This document shows positions 29,216 through 42,905 of a stretch of 64,000 bases of DNA, in pieces. Source of the DNA: Octopus sinensis (Eukaryota); the NCBI RefSeq assembly GCF_006345805.1, contig NC_042997.1:5518001-5582000 (forward strand), in the 5' to 3' direction. The position numbers and the translations under genes are program-made. The first letter of the stretch is position 1, and each line of letters starts with the position of its first letter. The notes beneath the pieces were generated by a model that saw nothing but the letters and a program-made list of their open reading frames with translations, did not search any database and was not told the DNA's origin.

Positions 29216-29828
29216 TTTTGTATGCACATGTATGTGCGCACGCTTATGTGTGTGTTTAAAACATAAGATATAACACTTTCTTATTAGGTATTCAGTTCTA
29301 ATTTCGCTTTAAAAAGAGAAATCATTGAAAGCGAGAAACACTTAGCTTAAAATAACTAGTTTAAACTTTCATTAGAAAGCGAATACACTTCTCCTGATCA
29401 CAGATTGATTAGAGTTTAATGCAGTTTAAAATAGGATTTCGTTGCGTAACCAGTCAGTTTCCATGGGGAAAAGAACATCACAAGTATACTGATGTGTCAA
29501 TATAATTTAGACTTAGACTGTCGTGAGACATTAAATTATCCGATCTTCTTCGGTTTTTCTGCATTTATTGAGGGATATATTCATGCTTTAACCAGTTCGT
29601 ATATTTTTCGCAACAATATTATAGTGAACTTTTAAAGAATTCAAAATCGCTGAATCGAACCCTGAGAATAAATGACTGAAGCCATATTGTCAAAACATGG
29701 CGAAATTTAGAATAAAGATTTTACTTGAGGTCAAATCTGTATATATTCTATTAATACCTAATAACATAGAAATATCACCATGGGGAAAGATGGGCATATG
29801 TTGATTTTTCTACGTATATAGCATAAAG

Positions 29829-29831
<3 letters not shown>

Positions 29832-29860
<29 letters not shown>

Positions 29861-30045
29861 TGTGTACAGTGCTCAGGTGCACTACAACTCATCTAAAGTG
29901 TATATATAATCAGGTGAAGTTTCGGCGGATTTCGGAAAGCATGAGGGCCTTAAAAGATGCAGTGTCATGGCAGTCAACAACTGACGCAGGCAATAGACTT
30001 GTTTTCTTTCAACAAGGCTTTCCGAATTCCATATGAGATATGGAA
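29832..30045 (-). mobile_element. Retroposon 3' end with (ATT)n tail (family not identified)
   Basis: On - strand ends gagttgtagtgcacctgagcactgtacacaattattattatt, the structure of a non-LTR 3' terminus. Confidence 0.5.
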
Positions 30046-30921
30046 TATATATGTAAAACACAGAACACACATACGTACACACACTCACACGCCCACACAC
30101 AAAAATACGCGAGCGCACGCACACACACGCACATATGTGTGTGTGTGTATTATATCTGGGAAAAGTCATACTGTGTGTGTGTGTGTGCGTGTGTCCGTAT
30201 ATGTGTCTATTTGCTTACCTATATATGTCTATATGTATAGGCAAACAATTAGATACCTAAGTAGGTAGATAGGTAGGTAGGTAGGTAGGTAGGTCGGTAG
30301 GTATGTATGTATGTAGGTAGGTAGGTATGTAGGTAGGTAAGTATGTACGTAGGTACATAGGTTAGAAGGACAGGCAAGCATACACACACATATACACAGA
30401 CAAAATGAGATGGAAACACATGACCATATATACAAACACGCCACACTAACACACACATACACACAGACACATATGGTGACACAAATCCATACATATAACA
30501 TGCACATACATACATAATACATGCATACACAAACACACAATCACGCACATACACAAACACATGAGTATGCAAAATGCATACATGCGTACATACACGCATA
30601 CACACATACATACATGCCTACATACATACATACATATGTGCATGGACAATCACACACGCATGCTGGCGCCGCATACGCGCAAGTAATAGGATCTCAAACA
30701 GAGGAAAGGAACGCAGATCCTATAACGGAGAGGGTCAGATCCATTGACAAGGTTGCCAGAGCTAAGAAAATTTTGGAAAAAAGGGGAAAAAAGTTGAAAT
30801 AAAACTGGTGACTGTGTTAGATATTAAAGCAGTATGTCTCTCACCAATTATGTCTCAACAAATTCTGTTTCTACACACGAATTCAAATGAAGAATTTTGC
30901 AAACCAGATACATAAACGAAG

Positions 30922-30952
<31 letters not shown>

Positions 30953-30969
30953 TATATTATATATATATA

Positions 30970-31091
<122 letters not shown>

Positions 31092-31099
31092 TTATATAT

Positions 31100-31145
<46 letters not shown>

Positions 31146-32889
31146 CATGTGTGTGTGTGTGTGTGTGTTTATTAAACCAAATATATGTTTTTATGTGCTA
31201 CTATAAGTTTCTTGTGCCAAGAGCATGCCAAACAGTCTTTTATAACACGTCTGTTGTCCTAGTATAAACTTCAGGCACAGTCCAAATGGCATAGCCAACT
31301 TAATATAGGACGATAGGATGAGAGAAACAAAACAGAAAGAAAGAGACGGGAAGAAATATAGTTATTTCTCCATAGACTGTAAAATATAAACCTGAAAAAA
31401 TAGTGGCTGACAGTCAGTGGTACGGTTATTCAATCCGGTGAGAGTGGCCTCTCCAATTCGTGAAGAGGAACACAGCCATATACTTACAATCGCTGACAAT
31501 CCCGTATCTAGTATTCAGCAGTGTGTTAAAGTTCTTAGATGTGAAAAGGGTTTGAGTTCTCTCAACTATGCATAGCTTATACATATTTGATCTGTTAAAA
31601 TAATGTTTGGATTTTCGACTTATGTGGTGTGACGCTCGACTTCAAACCCCATACGTAACTAGCCAATTTAGTGGCTTTTCTTTTGTCCCTCTTTCGGAAA
31701 AGAGACACAGGGACAAAAGTAAATATATGCAGAATAATAGTAAAAGCATCTACTTATTGATAAATCTAAGAATGGAAAATAGATTAGAACACGTTTTCGA
31801 AAATCCAATATTTTCTCCGAGAATCCTCCTGGAAACGGTTTCTTTTACTGTGTTTGACGACAAATAATCAGAAATAATGCAAAAAAATAGACCAGGAATT
31901 CTTTATATGGTATGTCAGCTACATTTGGGTCTGTGGGATATCATTTCACAGGATGCGGTAAACACTTTTCATTTAATACAATCACTTACATTTAAAAAAT
32001 ATCTTTATTCTATTAACTACACCAAGAATTTTTTTATTCTCCATAAATGGATTTAACAGTAAATAGAATTTGACAAAACTTGTTATCTCATTCTATTTGT
32101 AACTATATTTTTATGTGAATCTGCATTCAGTTAATAAGTCAAACTGTAGGAATCGTCTGAATCCAAAATGCAATTTTGTGGACCATAGTCAGCAGAATGT
32201 TTCAAGTGTTGACAGATTCATGAATGAGAAGCAGGAAGAGAAAAGTTCTTGAATTTCCTTCAATAAAATGATTGATCCCTTTGCTTGCTGACTTTGCTTT
32301 TCCAATTGCTCACTTTACAGTTGTATTTTACGCACTGAAACAAAATCGTACTTCTCTAGTTAAATTTCTCACCAAGAGAACTGAATGTAGTTCACTTAAA
32401 AAAAATTGGTTCATTAGTTATTAGAAAACTGACTTTCTAACTTTAAAAGTGTTATTTCTTTTGTAGAGGGTGCGAAAATTAATTAAATAATTCCTATGGG
32501 AACGGTTGGGCGCAACTAGGAGAGATCAGAATTAACTTCAAATGATATGAATAAATAATACAGAACTGAGGAAGTTTCAAATACGGAAGTTTCAAATACG
32601 GACGCTACATTCAAACGAACAATTTCACCAAAAATTTATTTCATTGCCTCGTATCTCTTAATCATCTGTTTGCTCACTGATTAGACATATTACAAATTTG
32701 AAAGCAGTTCATAAGAAATTTACCTAATAATACATACATATATATGTATGTGTGTGTATACATACATATACATATATACATACATACATACATATATACA
32801 TACACACATATATACATACATACATATATACATACATACAAACATATATACATACATATATATATATATATACACACACAAATATATAT

Positions 32890-33455
32890 ATATATATAAT
32901 ATGATTATATGAGAGGTTTTGGAATTCAGGAAATCCTAAAAGGCAGGTCAAGCTATGTAAGTATAACCGAAGGACCTGAGGAGTGTAGATGCGGTAAGTA
33001 AAACTATGTAACGAGGCCAAGTATGTGTGGTTTGTCAAGGATATTTGTAAAGAGAAGCGTAGCCTTACAGCTGTTTCAGGCATATAAAAGTTAACCTTTC
33101 ATCAGAGACGATATCAGAGAGTTTCACTAGAAGGAAACAGTAGAGTTCATTATACACGTAGTAATTTTGAGATACGGGAAGAATAAAAGGAAATAAGAGA
33201 CTAAAAAATATATGTTGGATGTCAAAATCCGACATAGAATTTTATTCTCTTATTTCACTTCAAACATCCTGTATCGCCCCCTTTGCAAAATAAATTCGTA
33301 TATAATGAACTCTACTATTTAATTCTATTGAAACTCTCTTATATCGTCTCTGAAGACAAGATATCTTTTAAAACCCTGAAACAGCTGTAAAGCTATTTTA
33401 CTCTTGATAAATATCCTAGAAATATTACATTGTCTTGGCTTTGTTATATCCTTTT
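32890..33455. mobile_element. Aged PLE-like inverted-repeat element with hammerhead motifs in both arms
   Basis: 33039-33125 is the reverse complement (imperfect) of 33330-33416, extending more weakly to ~33000/33455; ~200 bp spacer. Confidence 0.7.
33062..33109 (-). ncRNA. Minimal type-I hammerhead ribozyme motif
   Basis: gtct-CTGATGA-a-agg...cct-GAAAC-agct-GTA-aggc; palindromic stem III acagctgt; weaker CTGAAGA copy on + at 33346-33393. Confidence 0.7.
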
Positions 33456-33799
33456 ATTCAAGTCATACACACACGTATATTATTTTATACAGACACACAA
33501 ACATACATGCATAGACGCATGCATATCTACACATATATTAACTGAATCATGTGACGGACCGGCGTCTCATTTGGTACTTGGTGACATACAGGCCATCGAA
33601 TCTAGGAAACCGGCTTTCTTGAGCCATTGATTCAAGAAGGACATTTGATACTTCTTTTGATATATGTAGGTAGGCATGTATGCCAGCACACATGTATGCG
33701 TATATGTGAGTATCTATCTATCTATCTATATATCTATCTATAATATATATGAATTGGTAAAGTTGTTTAACACACACACACACACACATATATAATATA

Positions 33800-33841
<42 letters not shown>

Positions 33842-33878
33842 ATATATATATATATATGTGTGTGTGTGTGTTGTGTGT

Positions 33879-33916
<38 letters not shown>

Positions 33917-34011
33917 CGTGCGTGGTAGGGTTGATATCTGCGCTTGTATGCAAACACATATTTAGAAGATCACTGCAAGCAAACGTATAGAATTAAATGC
34001 ATCTAAGATTG

Positions 34012-34235
34012 TACGAGGAGTGTGAAGCTGTACATTTCCTGGCTTTATGGATAGTGAGGAAGGCTTAACTGAAGCCCCAACCTTCTAAGTACTTTTATAA
34101 AGCTTAGAATAACTGAGGGGCTACTGCAATAAGTGTGTGAATCTGAGAGATGAATATATTGAATAGAATCATTATTAAAAGATAATTTTGCATTTGCTTT
34201 TGCCTAAAGCCAAGAACATTTCAGCACCCCTCGTA
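34012..34235 (+). mobile_element. mariner-derived MITE (~220 bp)
   Basis: Ends TAcgaggagtg...cctggcttta and taaagccaagaacatttcagcacccctcgTA; retains the last transposase codons (KCVNLRDEYIE*). Confidence 0.85.
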
Positions 34236-34550
34236 CATATGTGTTTCTCTGTGCGTGTCTTTACATGTGTATGTGTATGTTTTACATATATAATTAACTG
34301 ATTATGGGAGAAACAAGCAGGAATAATCAATACATGTAGCTGAGTTTACAATGTGACCAATAAAATTCTGCAGTGTCTTGAAAATTCTGTTCGCTAGAAT
34401 GTTCAGACGATTGATGACCTCTTCGCATGATAATTGAATTATGGCAGATTAAAACTATCACCTTTACTCGAAGCAGACTGCTGCCGATATGCATATATGT
34501 ATAAACACAGAAACAGACACACACAGACTTACACAGACACATCTATATTA

Positions 34551-34604
<54 letters not shown>

Positions 34605-34693
34605 ATATATATATATTATATATATATATATATACATTATATATGTATGCGTGTGTGGGTATCTATATCTATCTATCTATCTATCTATCTCTT

Positions 34694-34729
<36 letters not shown>

Positions 34730-35243
34730 CATATGATTGTGTGTGTACGTATGTGCGCGTATTCATGTGGAATTGTACATGGACGTGTTAGTAGTTTGTG
34801 GTAACATAGCAAATACCAATGTTATCGAAGTAGTCTTTAAATGCATATGGTAACTTCTGGCCACAACAATTCCAGAGGTATTTAATTTCAACAGAACTTC
34901 AATTTCGTATATTTTGGCTGTTGTGACTTTACTATGAATTACAATATAGCATTATATATATATATATATATATGATATGTGACAGATTAGAAGTATCTAG
35001 ATATCAGCATTTGTCATTCGTGGATGTAGCATTTGCAAATTATGCAATATGTTGGCTGAAAGAGAGAAAGAGAGAAAGAGGGAGATAGGGAGATCATAGT
35101 ATTGTTTTGTATTTTAGATAGCTTAATCCGATTGTAAAACATTTTATTATTCCGTTGTTTTCACACACCTCATCCACTTTTGAATAAGTGACATCAATAC
35201 TTATTCATCTATATGTCTCTCTCTCTCTATCTATATCTATATC

Positions 35244-35312
<69 letters not shown>

Positions 35313-36154
35313 TGTGTGTAACTACGTATGTGTGCGTGCATGTATGTATATATTAGCATTCTTTCTATAGAGTGGCAACTGTTTTCTGACAAATAACGAA
35401 AAGCTTTGTCATTGGAATCTATGTTACAACTATGAAAAGTATTACATTTCAAACGTTAAGAATGTTTTGTACATACGTATTGTTCTGCATAAAGATTGTA
35501 TCTGAAAAGTACGTGTTAGCCGGTCACTTTCTTTGCTTGAAAATTTTAGCTTCTCTACATTACACCTTAGGCTCTTGCTAACACAATCAATTTGAAAAAA
35601 TGTTTCTAGTACGAATGTATATTTATAATCATTGTAGATGTATTGCGGGATTCAAGGCAATTGTCCATTGACATTCATTCCGTTTATTTTTGAAGATATA
35701 TTCGTATTTACAGCTGTGTGAATTGGAGCTTTGAGAAATATAACAGTGTACCCATGAACACAATACATCGCTCGGTCCAGGAATCGAAACTATAACCACA
35801 AAGCCACATTAATACATACATACATACATGCATGCATACATGCATACATGCATACATGCAAACATAGATACATACATAGATACATACATACACAGATACA
35901 TACATACATACATACATACATACATACATACATACATACATACATACATACATACATTCATATATGCATACATATATGCATACATGTATACATACGTTGC
36001 TGAATTGGCATAGTCCCAAGAACAAAGAACAGAATTATTTGATGTATAGGTCTCAACTCTCTGCGTTCTGCATTTAAATCTCTTTAGAATTGGAACACTA
36101 ATTTAATCGGAACGAACGTGTTGTTATATTTCCTTTACATGTATGCGCTCGTGT

Positions 36155-36605
36155 GAAAGTGTAGTAAAAAATTTGCTTGGCAAACACATGGTCTCAGGTC
36201 CAGTCTCACTATTACGGACCTTGAGCAAATCTATTCTACTACCACCTTGGGCCGGCCAAAACATTGTGAGCAGAATTGTTAGACAGAAACTGAAAGACGT
36301 GAAGTGTATGTGCGCGCGCGCGTGTTTATATATATATATATATATATACATATGTATGTTTATATGCATTAATATATGCCTGAATGTGTATGTAATTGTG
36401 TTTGTATTTGTTCTTTACCATCGCTTGACGATCTCATTGAGATTGCTTGTATACGCGTAATCTAGCTATTCGGCAAAGAAGCCGATAGAATAAGTACCAG
36501 GTCTTAACATATTTAGATACTGAGATTCGACGAAATCTTTCAAGGCATTATCACAGCATGGCCGCACTTGTATGACTGAACCAATCAGATAAAAATCAAA
36601 AGATA
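36155..36605 (+). mobile_element. SINE family B, old full-length copy
   Basis: cacatggtctcaggtccagtc, ccttgagcaa, gaaactgaaaga, gatagaataagtacc, cagcatggccgca blocks collinear with 9464-9872. Confidence 0.75.
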
Positions 36606-36611
36606 TGTGTG

Positions 36612-36620
36612 TGAGAGAGT

Positions 36621-36707
<87 letters not shown>
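36612..36707. repeat. (GA)n microsatellite
   Basis: Direct tandem reading. Confidence 0.95.
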
Positions 36708-36709
<2 letters not shown>

Positions 36710-37633
36710 CTGAAGAAGAGAAGGACCATAAGTGTTTGGAAGTACCAGAAATTATTTCAGAAATATATTTGTATTTGTAAATCAATGATGTGAATATAAC
36801 ACTGGATGAACATATATTACATAACTAATAATTTTTCTTACTTTTGCTTCGATCTTTACGGTACATAAGATTATAATATCGCTAGCCGCTTAACTAATGT
36901 TCGTTCATGCTCATTCGAAGATTGCCGTTGAACTAGCAAAATCATCGCCAATGGTGTATTTACCTCACATCTGTTGTAGATTATTAAGTATACGTTGCTC
37001 AAACCTAAGGAATCTTTCCTGACTTAGGTCGTAAATTGATAAAGATTTTATAAATACAAGGAAAAAAAAATTACTGCTACCTGTATAGCTGTACTTAAAA
37101 AAGAATATACAGATTCTTATATTTCAAGGATAACCAATGCCTCGATTTTGATAAGGGATTCAACATTAAATGTCCGATTTGTGAAACATATTATGAAAAT
37201 TAACGAAACTATATGTTAGATAATAAATAAATTTTCATGGAGCTGTGGGTGGTGGATATGCTCGAAAATTTTGAACTCCTAAAAGAATATAAGGGATAAT
37301 TTTTTATTCGAGTCTTACAAGGCTCTCCTAGACTACAGATGCCGATGCCGTATATTTTTCACTTGAATTTGTGTAAGACAATACAAACGGAAAACAAAAG
37401 ACTGTTGTAGCAGGAGCAGAATTTTCAGAGAAGCGACAAGGAAAGAGATGTCGACAGACTGATAGTACTAATGATTGCTAATAGAGCACAAATGTTACAT
37501 TAAAATTTCTGTTTTTCTCTCCATTTATTTTCAAATTTATTTCTTATCCCCTTATTTCAGCTCTCCCTTTTCTGCTTCTATCTTTCTGAGAATCTTTCTA
37601 TATCCATTTCTCACGCAAACACTCTCTCTTCCA

Positions 37634-37668
<35 letters not shown>

Positions 37669-37969
37669 TCAACATACACACATCCTCAATGTCACAAAGA
37701 AATACTTTCCTCTCATCTATCTTATACAACAATGCACAGTCTGTATGTAACGTTTCGAATTTAGGCACAGGGTTTACAGTTGCAGGAGAGAACTGATGAT
37801 CGACTGCATCCATCCGATGCTTAGATGATATTTACTTTAACGACCCTGAAAGGATGTAAACGGAAGTTGACCTCTGCAAAAATCGACCTCAAACGTGAAG
37901 GAGCCGGAAGAAATTACGCTAAGCATTTTGAGCGATGCCCTAAAGATTCTGTCAGTCCACCGCATTATA

Positions 37970-38355
37970 TCTTTAAATATAAAAGTCAAGTTGTGTGTCT
38001 GTCTCCTACGATTTAGATTCCTAACTACTCCCACATTTTGCGGTGCAGTTTAACCAAAACCGGGTATCTTATAGTCGTGATTCATATCAAGCCCTTCTGG
38101 GTATTAGCGCGCGCGTCTACGATGAGTCTACGATTTAAAAAAAAAAATTACCATCAATCTTTCCCATTTTAATGCATTTTTGGCATATATAAGGGAAGTA
38201 ACTCTCTAAGAGTTTATTATTAAATCTCAGAACGTAAAAAGCTACAGTAACACCCCGCTTTGTGGTTAACCATATTGAGATGGCTTTACATCTCTAAAAA
38301 TGCTTATATAGTTATTTCCCTTACAAACCCGAGCAACGCCGAGCGATACTGCTAG
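37970..38355 (+). mobile_element. Non-autonomous Helitron (386 bp)
   Basis: 5' TCtttaaatataaaag, subterminal hairpin cccgagcaacgccgag, 3' CTAG; inserted between A37969 and T38356 with no TSD. Confidence 0.88.
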
Positions 38356-38364
38356 TTGTTTATA

Positions 38365-38582
38365 AACTGGTTTCAAATTTTAGCAAAAGGCTAAGAAATT
38401 TGAAGGAAGCGGAAAATCGGTTACATGGACCCAGTACTCAAACAGTACTTATTTAAGCGATCCTGGAATGATGAAAGGCAAGGTTGACCTTGCCTTTGCA
38501 TTTTAACTCAAGGCGTTAAGACGGACGAAATGTCGTTAAGCATGCTACCCGCTATGCTAACGATTCCGCCAACTCGCTGCAT
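38365..38582 (-). mobile_element. SINE family A, diverged, between the two Helitrons
   Basis: gatgaaaggcaaggttgacc, gctaacgattccgccaactcgctgc reverse-match family A. Confidence 0.75.
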
Positions 38583-38593
38583 TTTATAAAGTA

Positions 38594-38888
38594 CTAGCAG
38601 TATCACCCGGCGTTCCTCGGATTTGTAAGGGAAATAACTATATATAAATTTTTAGAGAGTTATAGCCAAAAAATAGCAAAAATATGCATTAAAATGGAAA
38701 AAAATTATGGTAATTTTTTTTTTAAATCGTAGACTCATCGTAGACGCACGCTGATACCCAGAAGGGCTCGATATAAATCACGACTATAAGATACCCGGTT
38801 TTGGTTAAACTGCACCGCAAAATGTGGGAGTAGTTAGGAATCTAAATCGTAGGAGACAGACACACAACCTCACTTTTATATATAAAGA
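38594..38888 (-). mobile_element. Non-autonomous Helitron (295 bp), same family as 37970-38355
   Basis: Reverse complement with TC start, hairpin plus CTAG end and A|T target; about 90 bp shorter internally than copy 1. Confidence 0.88.
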
Positions 38889-41401
38889 TATTTTATGATA
38901 CAGTGACTGATGAAATAACTTCATTTTAAAACTCATAACATCGAAAATACACTATGCTATTTCAAATATCATGGAAAGAAGAAAATAACTCATTCTCTAA
39001 CTATTTTATATTACATTTTCGTATCTACATATTTATGGAATACTCAGAAAGAAAACTCTTAGAACTAAACAGTATATTACTGAAATGCTTATATATATAC
39101 GTGCGCACACATACATATATTATATACAAACATACATACATATGAATATACATATATATACATACATACATACATATATACATAAATATATACACATATA
39201 ATACAGACATACATATATATATGCATGCATATATATATACACATAATTACATACACACACACATTTACATACAGATATATATATCTATATAACTTTATTG
39301 TTATTGTAGCTTCTGTATTGGTAAATGCCACATTTCTCCGATATCCGTCTGTCTCCCAATTTATCATTTTATGTTTGCTGAATCGACCAAATGTCGTTGT
39401 GATTAAAACTGAATATTGTTCAGTAATACGATATTGATTTTATAATGTTTTATTTATTTTAAATTGTGATTTGTTTTCGTCTGCAATTACCATAGTAAAA
39501 GGAAAAAAAATTATTTGGCTGTTTAGATATGTTATTGTCAACATTATTCTTTATGTAACTCTGTAGGTTGTGTGTCTTTGCATGCATTTCTGACACATGC
39601 TAACATCTATGGACTTACCTATAACCCCGATCTCCAGAAAGAAAGCACAAATTCTATTTATAACTGCGAAACATGTATCTTCCTCCTATCACGAAGTCGT
39701 ATGATTCACTCATAACAATAATCATAGCTCATTGTCTTCAGAATCACACACACATACACACACACACACACACGCACACACACACACACTATCTCTCTCT
39801 CTCTCTCTCTCACTCTCACACACACATACTCACACACACAAACAAACCAACACACAGAGATACACATACACACTCACTGTAATCCATGAGAAGTGAGTTG
39901 TTTTCTGAGTGAATTATATATTGTATAGACATGTGTGTCTGTGTGAGTGCGCGCGTGTGTAGATTTAATTAGAGGATATGTTAACCTCGTGGAAAGATTG
40001 TTGCATCCCAGGAAACACTGGATCAATACCTACTATTAAAACAATTGGTATATATTAGTCATATAGTTTGAATCCAGTTAAAAGAATAAAAGGAAATGGA
40101 GATTTGGAGGCTAACAAGTATTTATTAACAATTTGTTTATTTACGCTCTTGGAGCGAAGATTACCAATTTGTTAATAATAAGCATTTGTTAACTTCCTAA
40201 GCGCCATTTTCTTTTCTTCTTTTGACTGGATAGACATGTGTGTGTGTATGTGTGTGTGTGTGCTTTAAGACTATCGCTGAAGAATGAAAGTTTTCTTTAG
40301 GGCCACCTAAATACTAAATTGGTTCATCCGTTGTCATTGATGAATGCATTCAAGTTTCATGTAGATCCGATTTGAGCGAAGTGATTACGTTTATTACGTG
40401 AACACGCAGCTACACCACAGAACACCTACCTAGGTTGCATTGAAATGAACACCAATTTGGTTAATGTTTTCTCACCGATACACTGCAACAAAATAACCCA
40501 CATATACACGATTTCTGCTTTTTTTACTTCAGCTTTGATATCTATTACGTGATTTGTAATTCTGAAGTAGGTAATCTCGTTTTCAATCCAGCAAGGGTGA
40601 CGTTAACATCAAATTTCGTAGCTGCATTAAAACTGCAACACACCGCCGTCTTCACATTCTCCGTTCAGGTAAACATTGACCGGCACATTTTTAAAGATAG
40701 CATCAAACAAATCAATCATACTTGTAACATAGAACCTCATCAGTTCACCGGCACTCCCTGTTTCACACACCTTCTTCAGTTAAATAAATTCCTGCCTACA
40801 TATAACTGAATGAATATGTTTCATATTAGTCACCATCCTATCCTTTCTAGAAAAACAGTAAAACCTTTACAGTAAAAGTAGATGTTTGATGCCTATTATA
40901 TCAATGCAAATAAGACCATTGAAAAACATCAATGAACGGAAAAACCCGAATTTAGGACATTTTAACGGATGCCATTTTTATGTTGTTCTGTAGCATTTTG
41001 CGCTACAACCACACCGTATTCTATTATTCATTTTCTCGTTCAGGCATTCGATTGAGGCTATTCTAACGCACTACTGTACAGCATTTAGTCGGTCATAGCG
41101 ACTGTAGTAATTATATCGTTCTAGTATATGTTACATCGATAACGGTTTATTACGGTTCATTTATGAATACAATGTAAACAATACTGGTTTAGTGTCTCTC
41201 GGGCACAGACAATCGTGTATAAGCAGACACGCATATATCTGTGTGAGTGTGTCTGTGCGTGCGCATGTATATATATTAGATATACAAGTATATTTATGTG
41301 TGAGTCTGTATATGTATATTTATGTATGCAAGTGTGTGCGTGTGTTTCTCTCTCTTTTTCTTTCTCTATCTATATATGCATACATATATAAGAGAAGTCA
41401 G

Positions 41402-41404
<3 letters not shown>

Positions 41405-41440
<36 letters not shown>

Positions 41441-41840
41441 AAACAAGTAAAAAATAGAAAATGCTAAAATAATTTTATAGTGAACATTTCAGTACCGGTT
41501 TCGGTCATTTTGAGACCTTTTCAACTGTAACGATTAAATAATTAAATTAGAAGAAAAATTAGAAGAAAAGTTTTTTTAAAAGAATATTTCTATAGTAGTG
41601 TTCAGATTTAAGTGGCATTCTGCCTTTCTCTGACTCCCTTGTTTGCACTTGTGTGTTCGAGGTAGTTGTGAGCTCTTGGTAGGGTAGTAGAGAGAAGGCT
41701 GGTGAGGAAAGGGGGGTGGGAGAATCTGGGAGTGCCCTGATGGTCGTATTTTGAATGGTCAGTGGCGGCTGGCAGTCTCAGTTCAATTCAGGAGAATATT
41801 TATATTGACAGGCTTCTTTATAGAATTAGCGTAGGTGTTA

Positions 41841-41845
<5 letters not shown>
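41405..41845 (-). mobile_element. PLE-like 3' fragment with degenerate hammerhead (41490-41527)
   Basis: cag-TTGAAAA-ggtc tcaaaat gacc-GAAAC-cg-GTA-ctg; flanked by (TA)n on both sides. Confidence 0.55.
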
Positions 41846-41893
<48 letters not shown>

Positions 41894-42017
41894 CATACAT
41901 AAAAAATATGAGGGGTTTACTTCAGTTAGGATCTAAACTAATGTCCGCTGTGTAAGTGAGTAAAATAGTCGACCGTTAGGTTCAAGATCAAAGCAAGTAT
42001 CTCAAGTCATTTAGAAT

Positions 42018-42223
42018 CTTTTTTACTCTAGGCACAAGGCCCGAAATTTGGAAGGAGGTGTCAGTCTATTAGATCGACCCCAGTACGCAACTTGTACTTA
42101 ATTTATCGACCACGAAAGGATGGAAGGCAAAGTCGACCTCGGCGGAATGTGAACGTACAGATAGACGAAATACCGCTAAGCATTTCACCTGGCGTGCTAA
42201 AGTTTCTGCCAGCTTACCGCCTT
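42018..42223 (-). mobile_element. SINE family A (tail type 1)
   Basis: Full reverse match to 16341-16554. Confidence 0.9.
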
Positions 42224-42845
42224 CATTTCATTTAGCAAATTTAATTAGGGTAAGGTGAATTTGAAGTCAAACAGGCACATCTGGGATAACCCAAAGGTAG
42301 GTCAATATGTCCTCGCACCGGGTATTCCGTCATCAGAGAGAAGTTATGAATGTTTGAGACTGGGGAAGTTTAGTTTACAAAGAATAAAATTCACAGTTTA
42401 TAAGGAGTATAAAACAGGACTAAACGAGTAAATAGAAGAAGTCTAAGATAGTTAGAAGAATATAGACAGGATAATAATATTCAAAGCTCATCTTTTTCAA
42501 GAGGATGTGGATGTTGCTCGGTAATTCCATGAAGGTACTGATCTTTTGTTATAACCCTAGGTAAATCCAGGCATTTTTTGTGGGGGGAAGTCAGTGTTTT
42601 GAATTATCTATTCATATTGTAAATGTGTATATAAAGCAAGAAAGTAAGATAGATAAATGGATTTTGTGAATGGGTGAATAAAGGAGAGGGAGAGAGAGAG
42701 GAGAAAGGAATAGAAATAAGATTGGGGTAAAATGGTAAAAATATGAATAAAAATTATATATATATATGTTTCTATATATATATATAAAAATAAGCATAAA
42801 CATAAGATAAAAGTAATATAATGATAGAGATATCATAAATGGGTT

Positions 42846-42905
<60 letters not shown>

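Noticed and set aside
31680-31719. 11-bp-stem hairpin cttttgtccct/agggacaaaag as terminator or miRNA
   Set aside because: Single short hairpin in eukaryotic DNA with no supporting context.
32490-32655. Possible fourth mariner end (...ttcattgcctcgta)
   Set aside because: No matching partner TIR or transposase motif could be read; too degenerate to call.
40755-40785. CTGAAGA...GAAAC on - strand
   Set aside because: Neither stem II nor stem III/GUH forms; treated as chance.
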